64,000 bases of DNA from an uncultured Methylomirabilota bacterium (GTDB taxonomy: Bacteria > Methylomirabilota > Methylomirabilia > Methylomirabilales > 2-02-FULL-66-22). Positions within the stretch are counted from its first letter, which is position 1. Every line of letters starts with the position of its first letter. The notes under the pieces were generated by a model. That model did no database searches. It was not told where the DNA came from and saw only the letters and a program-made list of their open reading frames with translations. The stretch lies in the NCBI GenBank assembly GCA_963705305.1, contig OY970067.1:5312001-5376000 (forward strand), in the 5' to 3' direction. Shown piece by piece: positions 10,313-19,676 of this stretch. Position numbers and translations under genes: made by a program.

Positions 10313-11098
10313 TCAGCGATCAGCGTCCGGCTCATCGCGGCTGCGATGACCATGCCACCGATCGTCCGAGAGTCCGGAGAGCGGTCTACCGCGCCTAGCG
10401 GCGAAACCCTCCCCGGTATCCGGGGTGCCCCCCTGCCGCCCTCGCGTCGCGAGCAAGGGCAGCAGGTGCTCGATGATCAGCTGGATTTCCTCCCCCATCT
10501 TACGCGCCGCCCGCTCCGCGTCGTGATCCCGCAACGCCTGGAGCACATCCCGATGGGCGGCCAGGGAACGAGCCGACAGCTCGGGATCTCTCAGCCCCAT
10601 TACCCGGAAGCGATAGGATCGGTCCCAGAGGTTGCGGGCTACCCGCTCCAGCTCGGGGTTGCCGCACGCGGCGTAGATCGCATAATGGAACTCGGCATGC
10701 ACCCGGACGAGCTGGTCCGCCTCGCCGGTCGCTGCATACCCCTCCGTTTCCTTCACGATTTGCTGGAGGCGATCGAGTCCGTCCTCGGTGATGGCCCCTG
10801 CCGCCAGCTGCGCACTATGGCTGTCGAGGAGACCGCGCAGCTCGAAGATGTGCCTGAGGTCGGTCGGGGTCATATCGGCAACCACGAGCCCCTTCCGTGA
10901 AACCGTCCGGATCAACGCCTCCGCCTCGAGCCGGTTCAGCGCGTCCCGGACAGGGGCCCGGCTCACACCCAGGCAGCGTGCCAGCTCGTCCTGATTGAGG
11001 CGCGTGCCGGGTTCCAGCTTTCCGGAGAGGATCGCCTCCCGGACGGCGTTATAAGCCAGTTCCCCCATGCGATGAACATCAAGGGCGGGAAGTTCCAA
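10313..11098 (-). CDS. GntR family transcriptional regulator (FCD domain)
   Basis: wHTH AYNAVREAILSGKLEPGTRL...LGVSRAPVRDALNRL and FCD (EFHYAIY, AHRDVLQAL). Start placed at TTG 11098 after GGAG; an alternative ATG (MGELAY) lies 10 codons downstream. Confidence 0.9.
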   Translation of the reverse strand: MELPALDVHRMGELAYNAVREAILSGKLEPGTRLNQDELARCLGVSRAPVRDALNRLEAEALIRTVSRKGLVVADMTPTDLRHIFELRGLLDSHSAQLAAGAITEDGLDRLQQIVKETEGYAATGEADQLVRVHAEFHYAIYAACGNPELERVARNLWDRSYRFRVMGLRDPELSARSLAAHRDVLQALRDHDAERAARKMGEEIQLIIEHLLPLLATRGRQGGTPDTGEGFAARRGRPLSGLSDDRWHGHRSRDEPDADR

Positions 11099-11143
11099 CC
11101 AATCACTCCAAATAGTACGTATGTCGTGGAGGGTGTACGGTAT

Positions 11144-11155
11144 TTGGTATACGAA
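11144..11155. promoter_or_regulatory. Putative GntR-type operator
   Basis: Near-palindrome TTGGTATACGAA (10/12) in an AT-rich patch ~45 bp upstream of the GntR gene; fits the GT-N-AC style of GntR/FadR boxes. Confidence 0.45.
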
Positions 11156-11312
11156 TATATGACAGATACAAAGAACCACAAGGGAAGAAATGAATGAGGC
11201 CACAACTATCTACATAGACCGATTCAGTCATGATTACTGTCATGGAAACCGCACAATCAGCATGACTGGTCAATTCCGGAACGAGCAAACAATGGCGCTG
11301 CCAGGACGGCGG

Positions 11313-12074
11313 CTAGATGCCCATCCCCCCGTCGATGCTGATGCTCGTACCGTTCATGAAGGCGGCCTCGTCCGATGCCGCGAACAGGATGGCGGAGGCG
11401 ATCTCCTCATCCGTGCCCAACCGGCCCATGGGCTGTCGCGCGACGAAGTCCGCCCTGGCCTTCTCGGGATCGGTGAAGGCCTGGATCCGCCGCTCCAGCG
11501 AGGGAGTGTAGGTGGTTCCTGGACAGACGCAGTTCACCCGGATCTTCTCCGCGATGTAATCGGCGGCCATCGCCTTGGTCAGGGCCGAGAGGCCTCCCTT
11601 GGAGGCCGAGTAGGCGGCCCGATCCTTGACTCCCTTGACGGCGGCGATCGAGGAGGTGTTGACGATCACGCCGCCCCCGCTCTTTTTCATCTCCGAGATC
11701 GCATATTTCGAGACCAGGAACGCCCCCTTCAGATTGACCGCCATCGTCCGGTCCCAATCCTCTTCCGAGGTGTTGTCCACCCTTCCGGGGAGGACGATCC
11801 CGGCGTTGTTCACCAGCACGTCAATCCGGCCGAAGGCCGTGACGGCCTCGGCGACCATCCGTCGGGCATCGGCATCCCGCGACACGTCTCCCTGGATGTA
11901 GACCCCCCGCCCGCCCGCCGCCTGGAGCAGGCGCAGCGTCTCCATACCGTTGGCCGGGGTGAGCGAGTTCACCGCCACCTTCGCTCCCTCCTTGACAAAG
12001 CGAACGGCAGCCGCCCGCCCGATCCCCACACCGGCTCCCGTGATCAGGACGACCTTTTCCTGAAATCGCACCAT
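11313..12074 (-). CDS. Classical SDR family NAD(P)-dependent oxidoreductase
   Basis: TGAGVGIG, NNAG, YSASK, IRVNCVCPG. ATG 12074 with GGAGGAG RBS. Confidence 0.93.
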   Translation of the reverse strand: MVRFQEKVVLITGAGVGIGRAAAVRFVKEGAKVAVNSLTPANGMETLRLLQAAGGRGVYIQGDVSRDADARRMVAEAVTAFGRIDVLVNNAGIVLPGRVDNTSEEDWDRTMAVNLKGAFLVSKYAISEMKKSGGGVIVNTSSIAAVKGVKDRAAYSASKGGLSALTKAMAADYIAEKIRVNCVCPGTTYTPSLERRIQAFTDPEKARADFVARQPMGRLGTDEEIASAILFAASDEAAFMNGTSISIDGGMGI

Positions 12075-12247
12075 CGCTCCTCCTTCGGTTCCGTGACACT
12101 CCACCCGGAACGCCGCTCGCCAAGCATCGGCGGACACTCCGCGAGCCGTCTTGCCGGCTTCCGCCCGGGACCTCCGGGAAAGCCGACTTCAAAATGATTC
12201 TCACCCGCCTGGAACCGCCGCCTCCCCAGATCCACCCGCGCGCCCTC

Positions 12248-12634
12248 TCACTCTTCGAAGAACGTGTACTTCATGGTACAGCCGATGAGATTATCCATCC
12301 GGGGAGGGCTGACGATTTCCAGAGCCTCCACGTCCCCGAGATATTCAACCCCATGGACGACATTCGAAGGAACGACCCAGATGTCCCCGGCCGTGATCAG
12401 CCGAGGGGGCTCCTTGCCGGTCGTCACCCTGGCCTCCCCCTTTTGCATGAGAATGATCTGTTCGGCCTCGTGATAATGGCGAGGGACGGTCCCGCCATCC
12501 TGGACTTTGATCTCCGTGAGCATCATCCGTTCCGTGAAAAAAATCCGGGCCTTGATTCCTTCAGAATTCGGCCGCCCGGCAAGGTAGCCGATCGTCTTCT
12601 GGGGAAAGTCTTCAAAGCGATGATAGGTGCCCAT
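12248..12634 (-). CDS. Cupin domain protein
   Basis: PRHYHEAEQ and GDIWVVPSNVVHGV cupin metal motifs; ATG 12634. Confidence 0.88.
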   Translation of the reverse strand: MGTYHRFEDFPQKTIGYLAGRPNSEGIKARIFFTERMMLTEIKVQDGGTVPRHYHEAEQIILMQKGEARVTTGKEPPRLITAGDIWVVPSNVVHGVEYLGDVEALEIVSPPRMDNLIGCTMKYTFFEE

Positions 12635-12797
12635 AACGCAATCCTTTCTCGCGGTTCCCGAATCGCTGCCCAGCCATCCGAACACCGTGATGCGACAATC
12701 GAAGCTCCCCCTGCCTCGTGTGGCCGCGACCTCCAGCCGCTTCCGCGGTCCGACCCTCCGGCGGTGCCTGCCGGGCCTCAGCCTGAACGCGCGTTCG

Positions 12798-12983
12798 CCC
12801 CATTTCGAACATATCTCACCGCCAAGGCGCCAAGAATGCACTGGTCGGAATGGGCGGAACGCCCAGGGACCGGAGCCGCGTCATGTCCCCGGAAGGGGCG
12901 TTCCGGAGCCTGGGGTCACCCCAGCCGAACTCTCTGGAGTGTCGATCCTTGGCGTCATGGCGATTCAAGGGTTTTCTCGGTTC
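12798..12983. repeat. Dispersed hairpin (REP/MITE-like) element, copy 1
   Basis: Left arm 12798-12832 matches 27455-27489 at 32/35. Right arm 12950-12983 matches 27535-27568 at 27/34. The two arms are mutually complementary. Confidence 0.75.
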
Positions 12984-12987
12984 AGGG

Positions 12988-13695
12988 CTAGTATACGCTG
13001 AGGTACGTTTCGACAACCTCCGGATTCTGGAGAAGCTTCTGCGGTGTGTCATGAAAGCGGATCCGGCCCACCTGAAGAATGTAGATGCGGTCGGCCACTT
13101 CGGAGGCAAGCTTGGCATTCTGCTCTGCCAGCAGCACCGTCAGGCCGGCCTCCCGCAGGCTCCGAAGGCTCTGGGTGATCTCGCCGATGACGATGGGCGC
13201 CAGGCCCATGGACGGTTCGTCGAACATGCACAGCTCGGGGTTGCTCATCAATCCCATGCCGATGGCAAGCATCTGCTGCTGCCCGCCCGACAGGGTCCCC
13301 CCCAATTGCCGGCGCCGATCGCGGAGGATGGGAAACAGGCCAAATACGCGATCCATATTCTCGCGCACCCGCGCCGGATTCTGTATCGTGTACGCCCCCA
13401 TCAGGAGATTCTCTTCCACGGACATGCCCGGGAAGAGGCCACGGCCCTCGGGCGCCAGAGCCACGCCGGCCCGCACCCGCTCGAAGGGCGCGACCGCCAG
13501 CAGCGATTGTCCCTTCAGCTCGATGGTCCCTCTCGAGGGGTGAACGAGACCCGCCACCGTGCGAAGCAGGCTGCTTTTCCCCGCGCCGTTGAGGCCGATG
13601 ATGCCCACGATCTCTCCCCGCTCGACATGAAGAGAGATTCCATCGAGGGCCAGGAAGGGCCCATAGCGAACGGTCAGGTCAGCGACTCGTAACAC
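12988..13695 (-). CDS. LIV-type ABC transporter ATP-binding protein (LivF-like), system 1
   Basis: GLNGAGKS, PEGRGLF, LSGGQQQMLAIG, FDEPSMGLAP, LLAEQN. GTG start 13695. Confidence 0.92.
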   Translation of the reverse strand: MLRVADLTVRYGPFLALDGISLHVERGEIVGIIGLNGAGKSSLLRTVAGLVHPSRGTIELKGQSLLAVAPFERVRAGVALAPEGRGLFPGMSVEENLLMGAYTIQNPARVRENMDRVFGLFPILRDRRRQLGGTLSGGQQQMLAIGMGLMSNPELCMFDEPSMGLAPIVIGEITQSLRSLREAGLTVLLAEQNAKLASEVADRIYILQVGRIRFHDTPQKLLQNPEVVETYLSVY

Positions 13696-14413
13696 GGACG
13701 GACCCCAGATACTGTCGGATGACGTTGGCGTCCTGCAGGATGGCGGCGGGCGCTCCGTTCGCAATCATCTCCCCGCTCACCAGCACGACCACGCGGTCCG
13801 CCAGCTCCATGATGACCTTCATCGTATGCTCGATCACGAAGAGGGCGCACTCGGCGCGCAGCTCCTTCAGCAGCTGTATCATCTCCCGGATTTCCCCGGG
13901 GTTGAGCCCGCCCACGGGCTCATCCAGCATGATCAGCTTGGGCCGGGAAATCAGCCGCATGGCCAGCTCCAGCCGCCGCTGCTCAAACAGCGTGAGCGAG
14001 CCGGCCATGGCCCCGATCCTTTCTTTAAGGCTGAGTTTGGCGAGCAGCGCCTCGACTCCGTCCAGGGGATCGGACAGCCCAAGACGCCGGAAGTGCGGGA
14101 GGCCGGCCACGCGCAGGTTCTCGGAGACCGGGAGCTTCGCGTAGACCCGCACCGCCTGGTAGGTCCGGATGAGTCCCGCCTGGGCGATGGCGTGGGGTCT
14201 TCTTCCTGCGATCGATTTTCCGTCCAGGCGGACCTCCCCCCCGTCCAGGGCAAGGTGGCCCGTTACGGCATTAATGAATGTCGTCTTGCCGCTCCCGTTG
14301 GGACCGATCATTCCCAGCGTTTCACCCGGCGCTTGGTCTACGCTCAAGTTCTTCAGCGCCGATACGCCGCCAAAGCTCTTGTTCAATCCGCGGGCCTCCA
14401 GGAGCTTGGTCAC
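13679..14413 (-). CDS. LIV-type ABC transporter ATP-binding protein (LivG-like), system 1
   Basis: KSFGGVSAL, GPNGSGKTT, LDEPVGGLN, VIEHTM. Confidence 0.92.
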   Translation of the reverse strand: MTKLLEARGLNKSFGGVSALKNLSVDQAPGETLGMIGPNGSGKTTFINAVTGHLALDGGEVRLDGKSIAGRRPHAIAQAGLIRTYQAVRVYAKLPVSENLRVAGLPHFRRLGLSDPLDGVEALLAKLSLKERIGAMAGSLTLFEQRRLELAMRLISRPKLIMLDEPVGGLNPGEIREMIQLLKELRAECALFVIEHTMKVIMELADRVVVLVSGEMIANGAPAAILQDANVIRQYLGSVRVTSR

Positions 14414-15390
14414 GGGCGGGCGGCCTCCGTCTTTCCCCGAGCCTGGGCCCGGGCCTGGCGGTGAAACAGAAAGGACCCGTAGACGCCGCGCGGCAAGAAA
14501 ATGGTGGTGAAGACGATCAGGGAACCGTAGACGATGTCCTTGTACAGGTAGAACTCCTGCATGACATAGGGAATAGGGGCAAGGATGAGCGTGCCAACGA
14601 TCGGACCGAGAATCGTGCCCTGTCCGCCGAACGCCCCGATCAGCCAGATGTTCATGCTGGTCAGCACGTCGAAGCTGCGGGGGGAAATGAAGCCGACGTA
14701 GTGGGCATAGAACGCGCCCCCCACCCCTGCGAACAAAGAGCTGATGAAGAAGGCCAGGACCTGGTACCGCGTGACCCCGATCCCCAGGGCCTCGGTGAGC
14801 AGATCATCCTCGCGGATGGCAACCAGGTATTTCCCCCAGGTGGACCGGGTCACCCGACGGACCACGTACACGGTCAGCAGAGCCGCGATCGCAAGGGACT
14901 CCTCGAACCAGGCGCCCGCAAGGGGAACGCCCCCGCGCCCGGGCAATGGGATGACGGGCGGAGGGATCTGGGAAATCCCCGTGTCTCCCCCCGTGAACTG
15001 CGGGATATACACAAAGAGCATCGTCAGGGCTGTCTGGATGACAAGGCTGGAGAGGGTGAAGTAGAAGCCGCGCAGCCGGAGCGATGGGAGGCCCAGGACC
15101 ACCCCCACCACGGCCGCCGCCAGGGCACCCACCGGCATGGCCAGCCAGAACGACACGCCGAATTTCATCACCAGATTCACGGTGGTGTAGGCGCCGACGC
15201 CGGCCAGGCCGGCATACATCAACGGCATCAGGCCCGTGAATCCCGAGAGCAGATTCATCCCCGAGGACCACAGGATGTACAGGTAGGTCACCCCAAGAAC
15301 GAAGGCGTAGAACCGGTTTGCGGAGAGCAGGAAGGGCAGCGCCAGCGCCAGGAGAACCAGGCCGGTCACCGCCCCCCGCCGATAGGCCAT
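14410..15390 (-). CDS. LIV-type ABC transporter permease (LivM-like), system 1
   Basis: NLLSGFTG, LRLRGFYF, FTGGDTG, AIREDD, FGGQGTILGP. Confidence 0.9.
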   Translation of the reverse strand: MAYRRGAVTGLVLLALALPFLLSANRFYAFVLGVTYLYILWSSGMNLLSGFTGLMPLMYAGLAGVGAYTTVNLVMKFGVSFWLAMPVGALAAAVVGVVLGLPSLRLRGFYFTLSSLVIQTALTMLFVYIPQFTGGDTGISQIPPPVIPLPGRGGVPLAGAWFEESLAIAALLTVYVVRRVTRSTWGKYLVAIREDDLLTEALGIGVTRYQVLAFFISSLFAGVGGAFYAHYVGFISPRSFDVLTSMNIWLIGAFGGQGTILGPIVGTLILAPIPYVMQEFYLYKDIVYGSLIVFTTIFLPRGVYGSFLFHRQARAQARGKTEAARP

Positions 15391-15401
15391 TCCGCGCGTC
15401 C

Positions 15402-16286
15402 TTACCGGGCGAACAACCCGCTCGGTTTTACCAGCAGGATGATCAGCATAACAATCAGGTACGAGAACGCGGCCAGGGTCGGGCTGGCGTACAGGCTGAC
15501 GACCGCCTGGGTGAATCCGAATATCATCCCGATCACCACGGAGCCCAGCACGCTCCCCGGCCCGCCCACGATCATGATGGCGAAGGCGATAATGGCCATG
15601 TTCCAGGCCATCGTCAGGTCAAAGGCGTAGGCCATCGTGAACAGGACCCCGCCCATGGTGATGACCAGCATCGCCAGAACGAAGGAGAAGCGATAGATGC
15701 GATGGACATCCACCCCCCGCAGGGTCGCGGCTTCGCGGTTCTGGAACACGGCTCGCAGGGCCCGGCCGATCCGATGGAGGCGGAGGAACGCAAACAATCC
15801 TGCGAGCACGAACAGGGCGATGAGCAGCACCAGCAGGCGCGTGCGCGGGAAGGGAAAGGGGCCGAGCATGATGACCCCGGGCCAGACCGCCGATAGACTG
15901 TACTGGTCGCTCCAGCGGCCGTAGGTGCAGGTGAAGGCCCCCGCGAAGATCTGGGCCAGCCCCAGGGTCATAATGAAGTAAACGATGTTCCGGTTGGGGA
16001 CATTGTAAAAGGGACGGACCAGGAGCTTCTCCAGAATCAGCGAGCAGGGGATGGAGCCCACGATCACGACAGCCGTCGCCATAAACGGCGACAATCCCCA
16101 GTTGACCACCAGGCTCCACATCAGCAGCCCGGCCAAGAGGAAGAATTGGCCGTTGGCGGCATTCGGGAACCAGATAGTCCCGTACATGATGGTCACCCCG
16201 GCGGCCACCAGGCTGAAAATGGCCCCCACGATCAGGCCGGTGGTGATGACCGCCAGGGCGTTGAGGACGACTCCCTCGAAGGCCAT
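15402..16286 (-). CDS. LIV-type ABC transporter permease (LivH-like), system 1
   Basis: GAIFSLVAAGVT, GRALRAV, IVGGPGSVLG, KPSGLF. Confidence 0.9.
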   Translation of the reverse strand: MAFEGVVLNALAVITTGLIVGAIFSLVAAGVTIMYGTIWFPNAANGQFFLLAGLLMWSLVVNWGLSPFMATAVVIVGSIPCSLILEKLLVRPFYNVPNRNIVYFIMTLGLAQIFAGAFTCTYGRWSDQYSLSAVWPGVIMLGPFPFPRTRLLVLLIALFVLAGLFAFLRLHRIGRALRAVFQNREAATLRGVDVHRIYRFSFVLAMLVITMGGVLFTMAYAFDLTMAWNMAIIAFAIMIVGGPGSVLGSVVIGMIFGFTQAVVSLYASPTLAAFSYLIVMLIILLVKPSGLFAR

Positions 16287-16295
16287 CGGAGATTT

Positions 16296-17528
16296 CTACG
16301 GCGCTAGCTGGTAAACGGGAATGACCTCCGGGTTCCACTCGATGTAGAAGGCCTCCTGGGACTTGTAGTCCTCCTTCCCGACCTCCTTCGTTTGCATGAA
16401 GTACATGAATTCCTTGCGGGCGCCATTCTTGTCGAAGACCATAGGATTTCCGGTGGTGATCTCCTTGGTGTTGATGTTGCGCAAGGCATCGCGGAACTTG
16501 GTCCGATCCACCGTGCCGGCCTTCTCCACGGCCTCCTTGATGAGGTAGACGGTCGCGTAGCAGAAGTTCTCGATGTAGGCGGGAACATACCCCTTGCGCT
16601 GCGTGAACTTGGTGATCAGCCCCTTGGCATAGTCGTTGAGCCCGCCCAGGGAGTGATCAAAGAAGGTGCCGTAATACGACCCGATGCTTCGCGGACCCCA
16701 CCCGAGGATCATCTTCACAGCGCCAAAGGGGTGAATGATCTGCTCCGGCTTGAATCCCAGGTCCAGGATCTGGTTGGTGATCGTCACATCGAAAGCCCCG
16801 CCGCCGCTGACAAAGACGAAGTCCGGATTCTTGGACTTGACCTGAGCCGCCTGCACCGTGGCATCCGTGGCATTCTGAGGAAAGACGATGTCCGCAGCGA
16901 TCTTGATGCCGGAGCGCTCGGCCTGATACTTGATCCCGGCCACGATGGCGCGCTGGAGGGCGAAGTCGCTGTAGATGAGGGCGATGCTGGCTCCCGGCTT
17001 CATCTTCTCGACAAATTTCACGATGGCATAACCCCAGCCCACCGCATCGGGCTCCACGCGGAACGTCCACTGGGTCCCCGGGCGCGTGAGGCGCGGGAAC
17101 GCGGCCACCGGCACCACGAAGGGAACGTGGTTCTGCTCGGCGTAGCCGTAGACCGCGAGCGCGGTGTCCGAGCTGGTGGGACCGCTGAGGACCAGAACCT
17201 TATCCTGCGTGTCCAGCATTCTCGCGGCGCTGGCTGCCTGCGCGGGGTCGGTGCGGTTGTCCATGGGGAGGACCTGAATGGGCCGCCCCAGAACGCCACC
17301 CTTAGCGTTGATCTCCTCTTCGGCGATCTGAGCGGCGGTGAGGCCGGTCGCGCCGAAGAACGACCAGGTGCCGGACAGTTCCCCGATCCAGCCGATCTTG
17401 ATCGGCTCTCCCTTCGGCTGCGCCGCCGCCGGCGAGGGAAGGAGAAGGACCCAGGCCGCGAAGCCAACAATCATGAGGGTAAACAGGATCGATCGCAGGA
17501 CGGCCTTCTCGCCATCACGACTCACCAT
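16296..17528 (-). CDS. LIV-type ABC transporter substrate-binding protein, system 1
   Basis: Signal peptide; PIKIG, EINAKGGVLGRPI, GPTSS, WTFRV. Confidence 0.9.
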   Translation of the reverse strand: MVSRDGEKAVLRSILFTLMIVGFAAWVLLLPSPAAAQPKGEPIKIGWIGELSGTWSFFGATGLTAAQIAEEEINAKGGVLGRPIQVLPMDNRTDPAQAASAARMLDTQDKVLVLSGPTSSDTALAVYGYAEQNHVPFVVPVAAFPRLTRPGTQWTFRVEPDAVGWGYAIVKFVEKMKPGASIALIYSDFALQRAIVAGIKYQAERSGIKIAADIVFPQNATDATVQAAQVKSKNPDFVFVSGGGAFDVTITNQILDLGFKPEQIIHPFGAVKMILGWGPRSIGSYYGTFFDHSLGGLNDYAKGLITKFTQRKGYVPAYIENFCYATVYLIKEAVEKAGTVDRTKFRDALRNINTKEITTGNPMVFDKNGARKEFMYFMQTKEVGKEDYKSQEAFYIEWNPEVIPVYQLAP

Positions 17529-17581
17529 GGACGAACCTCCTTTGAGCGCAACCGTTCATAAATCTCGGGCGGAACAACAGA

Positions 17582-18022
17582 CTACTTCTTCTTCTGGGCC
17601 GCAAGATACAGGGCGGCATCCAGTCCCATGAAATACACCTGGATGCCGAGGCCCATGATGACCCCCTGCGCAGCGGGGGCGATGACGGAATGGAGGCCGC
17701 GCTCGTAATGGTTGGAAAGATGGATCTCCACGTAGGGAAGCTTGACCCCTTTGATCGTGTCCCGGATCGAGTGGGCGGCGTAGGTGAACCCGCCAGGGTT
17801 CATCACCACAACATCCACTTTGTCATGGTAGGCCTTGATGATGCGGTCGATGCAGTCCCCCTCGGAATTGGTATAGAAGATTTCCAGATCGAACTTCTTG
17901 GTCTTGGCATATGCGACCATCATTTTATCCAGTTCGGCAGCGGAGGTCGTCCCGTAAATCTCCGGCTGGCGGACTCCCAGCAGGTTCATATTACTTCCTT
18001 GGATCATGAGGATTTTTGGCAT
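17582..18022 (-). CDS. aroQ: Type II 3-dehydroquinate dehydratase family protein (divergent)
   Basis: GSNMNLLGVRQPEIYG, NSEG, NPGGFT, EIHLSN, GVIMGLG. ATG 18022 after AAGGAG. Confidence 0.8.
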   Translation of the reverse strand: MPKILMIQGSNMNLLGVRQPEIYGTTSAAELDKMMVAYAKTKKFDLEIFYTNSEGDCIDRIIKAYHDKVDVVVMNPGGFTYAAHSIRDTIKGVKLPYVEIHLSNHYERGLHSVIAPAAQGVIMGLGIQVYFMGLDAALYLAAQKKK

Positions 18023-18195
18023 GGTGTTCTCCTTGTCTCCTCTGTTGCCTCTCGCCGAGAGGCTCACTGTTTTAACTCTCCGGGGTTCGCGCCGCTGGCG
18101 ACGCGCCGCCATGTGGCCAAAAAACGGGCGAAGCGTAACACACACACCCGACCGAAGCAATCACTCCAAGAAAACTGAGCGGCGAAAAGCCCAAC

Positions 18196-18900
18196 TCAGC
18201 CCTTCCCCCCCAGATAGGCGGCTTCCACTTGGGGATTATTGGCCAGATCGGGGCCGGTCCCCTGCAGCACCACTCGTCCGTTCTCCAGCACATAGGCATA
18301 ATGGGCCAGGGCCAGGGCCGTGTGCGCGTTCTGCTCGACCAGGACGATGGTCGTGCCTTCCGTATTGATCTCCCGGATCAGGTCGGCAATCTGGCGGACA
18401 ATCTTGGGGGCGAGGCCGAGCGAGGGCTCGTCCAGGAGCATGATCCTGGGCGAGGACATCAATCCCCGCCCGATGGCCAGCATCTGTTGCTCCCCGCCGG
18501 ACAAGGTACCCGCGCGCTGGTGCGCGCGCTCGCGCAGGAGCGGGAACATCTCGTAGATCCGCCTCCGGGTCTTGCGCGTATCCGTTCGGTGGGCGCGGTG
18601 CGCGCCCATGGTCAGGTTCTCGTCCACCGTCAAGGAGGAGAAGACCTTGCGACCCTCCGGGACCTGGACGATGCCGGCCGCTACGGTCAGGTGGGCAGCC
18701 GATGGCAAGGGCCGGCCGTCCAGGAAGATGCCCCCGCTTTTCGGGTGCAGCAGCCCCGAGACGGCATTGAGGAGTGTCGTCTTGCCGGCCCCGTTGGAGC
18801 CGATCACGCTGACCATCCGGCGGTCGGGGACCTGCAGATCGATCCCGTGCAGCGCCTCGATCCGCCCGTATCGGACCACCAGGCCCTTCACCTCGAGCAT
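18196..18900 (-). CDS. LIV-type ABC transporter ATP-binding protein (LivF-like), system 2
   Basis: GSNGAGKTT, VPEGRKVF, LSGGEQQMLAIGR, LDEPSLGLAP, AYVLENG. Confidence 0.93.
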   Translation of the reverse strand: MLEVKGLVVRYGRIEALHGIDLQVPDRRMVSVIGSNGAGKTTLLNAVSGLLHPKSGGIFLDGRPLPSAAHLTVAAGIVQVPEGRKVFSSLTVDENLTMGAHRAHRTDTRKTRRRIYEMFPLLRERAHQRAGTLSGGEQQMLAIGRGLMSSPRIMLLDEPSLGLAPKIVRQIADLIREINTEGTTIVLVEQNAHTALALAHYAYVLENGRVVLQGTGPDLANNPQVEAAYLGGKG

Positions 18901-19676
18901 GAATACTCCTCCCCGAGGTAGGCGCTGATGACCACGGGATCCCGCTGGATCTGCTCCGGCGTGCCCTCGGCAATGGTGGACCCGAAGTTCTGCACGTAAA
19001 TCCACTGGCAAAGCTCCATCACCACCTCCATGCGATGCTCGATGAGAATAATGGAAAGGCGGAGGTCGGTGAAGAGCTGACGGAGCAGCTCGATCAGCGC
19101 GCGCACTTCGGCTGGATTCAATCCCGCGGCGGGCTCGTCCAAGAGCAGCAGGCGCGGCTCTCCCGCCAGGGCGCGGGCCAGCTCCACCCGGCGTTGCAGC
19201 CCGTACGGCAAGCTGCCCGCCTCCTCATGCCGGTGAGCAGCCAGACCGAGCTTGTCCAACCAGGCGAGGGATTGCTCGATGACCCGGTGCTCGAAGTTGC
19301 CGACCCCCTTCCAACCGACCATCGCTTTCAGCAGCCCGTACTCGGCCCGCCAGCTATAGGCGCTGCGGACGTTGTCCAGCACGCTCATATCTTCGAAGAG
19401 GCGGATGTTCTGGAACGTTCGGGCGATGCCCAGTCGGCCGATCTCAAAGGATCGCAGTCCCCCGATGGGTCGTCCCTGAAACGTCACGCTGCCCGCATCG
19501 TGGGGGTAGAGTCCCGAGAGCAGGTTGAGGATGGTGGTCTTGCCGGCGCCATTGGGTCCGATGATGCCGATCAGATGGTTTTGGCGAACCGTGGCGCTGA
19601 AGCTGTTCACGGCGACGACGCCGCCGAACCGCTTGCTGATCCCCTGGCATTGCAGTAGGACGCCGCGCTCAGTCAT
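18888..19676 (-). CDS. LIV-type ABC transporter ATP-binding protein (LivG-like), system 2
   Basis: GPNGAGKTT, ARTFQNIRLF, LPYGLQRRVELARAL, LDEPAAGLN. Confidence 0.93.
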   Translation of the reverse strand: MTERGVLLQCQGISKRFGGVVAVNSFSATVRQNHLIGIIGPNGAGKTTILNLLSGLYPHDAGSVTFQGRPIGGLRSFEIGRLGIARTFQNIRLFEDMSVLDNVRSAYSWRAEYGLLKAMVGWKGVGNFEHRVIEQSLAWLDKLGLAAHRHEEAGSLPYGLQRRVELARALAGEPRLLLLDEPAAGLNPAEVRALIELLRQLFTDLRLSIILIEHRMEVVMELCQWIYVQNFGSTIAEGTPEQIQRDPVVISAYLGEEYSCSR

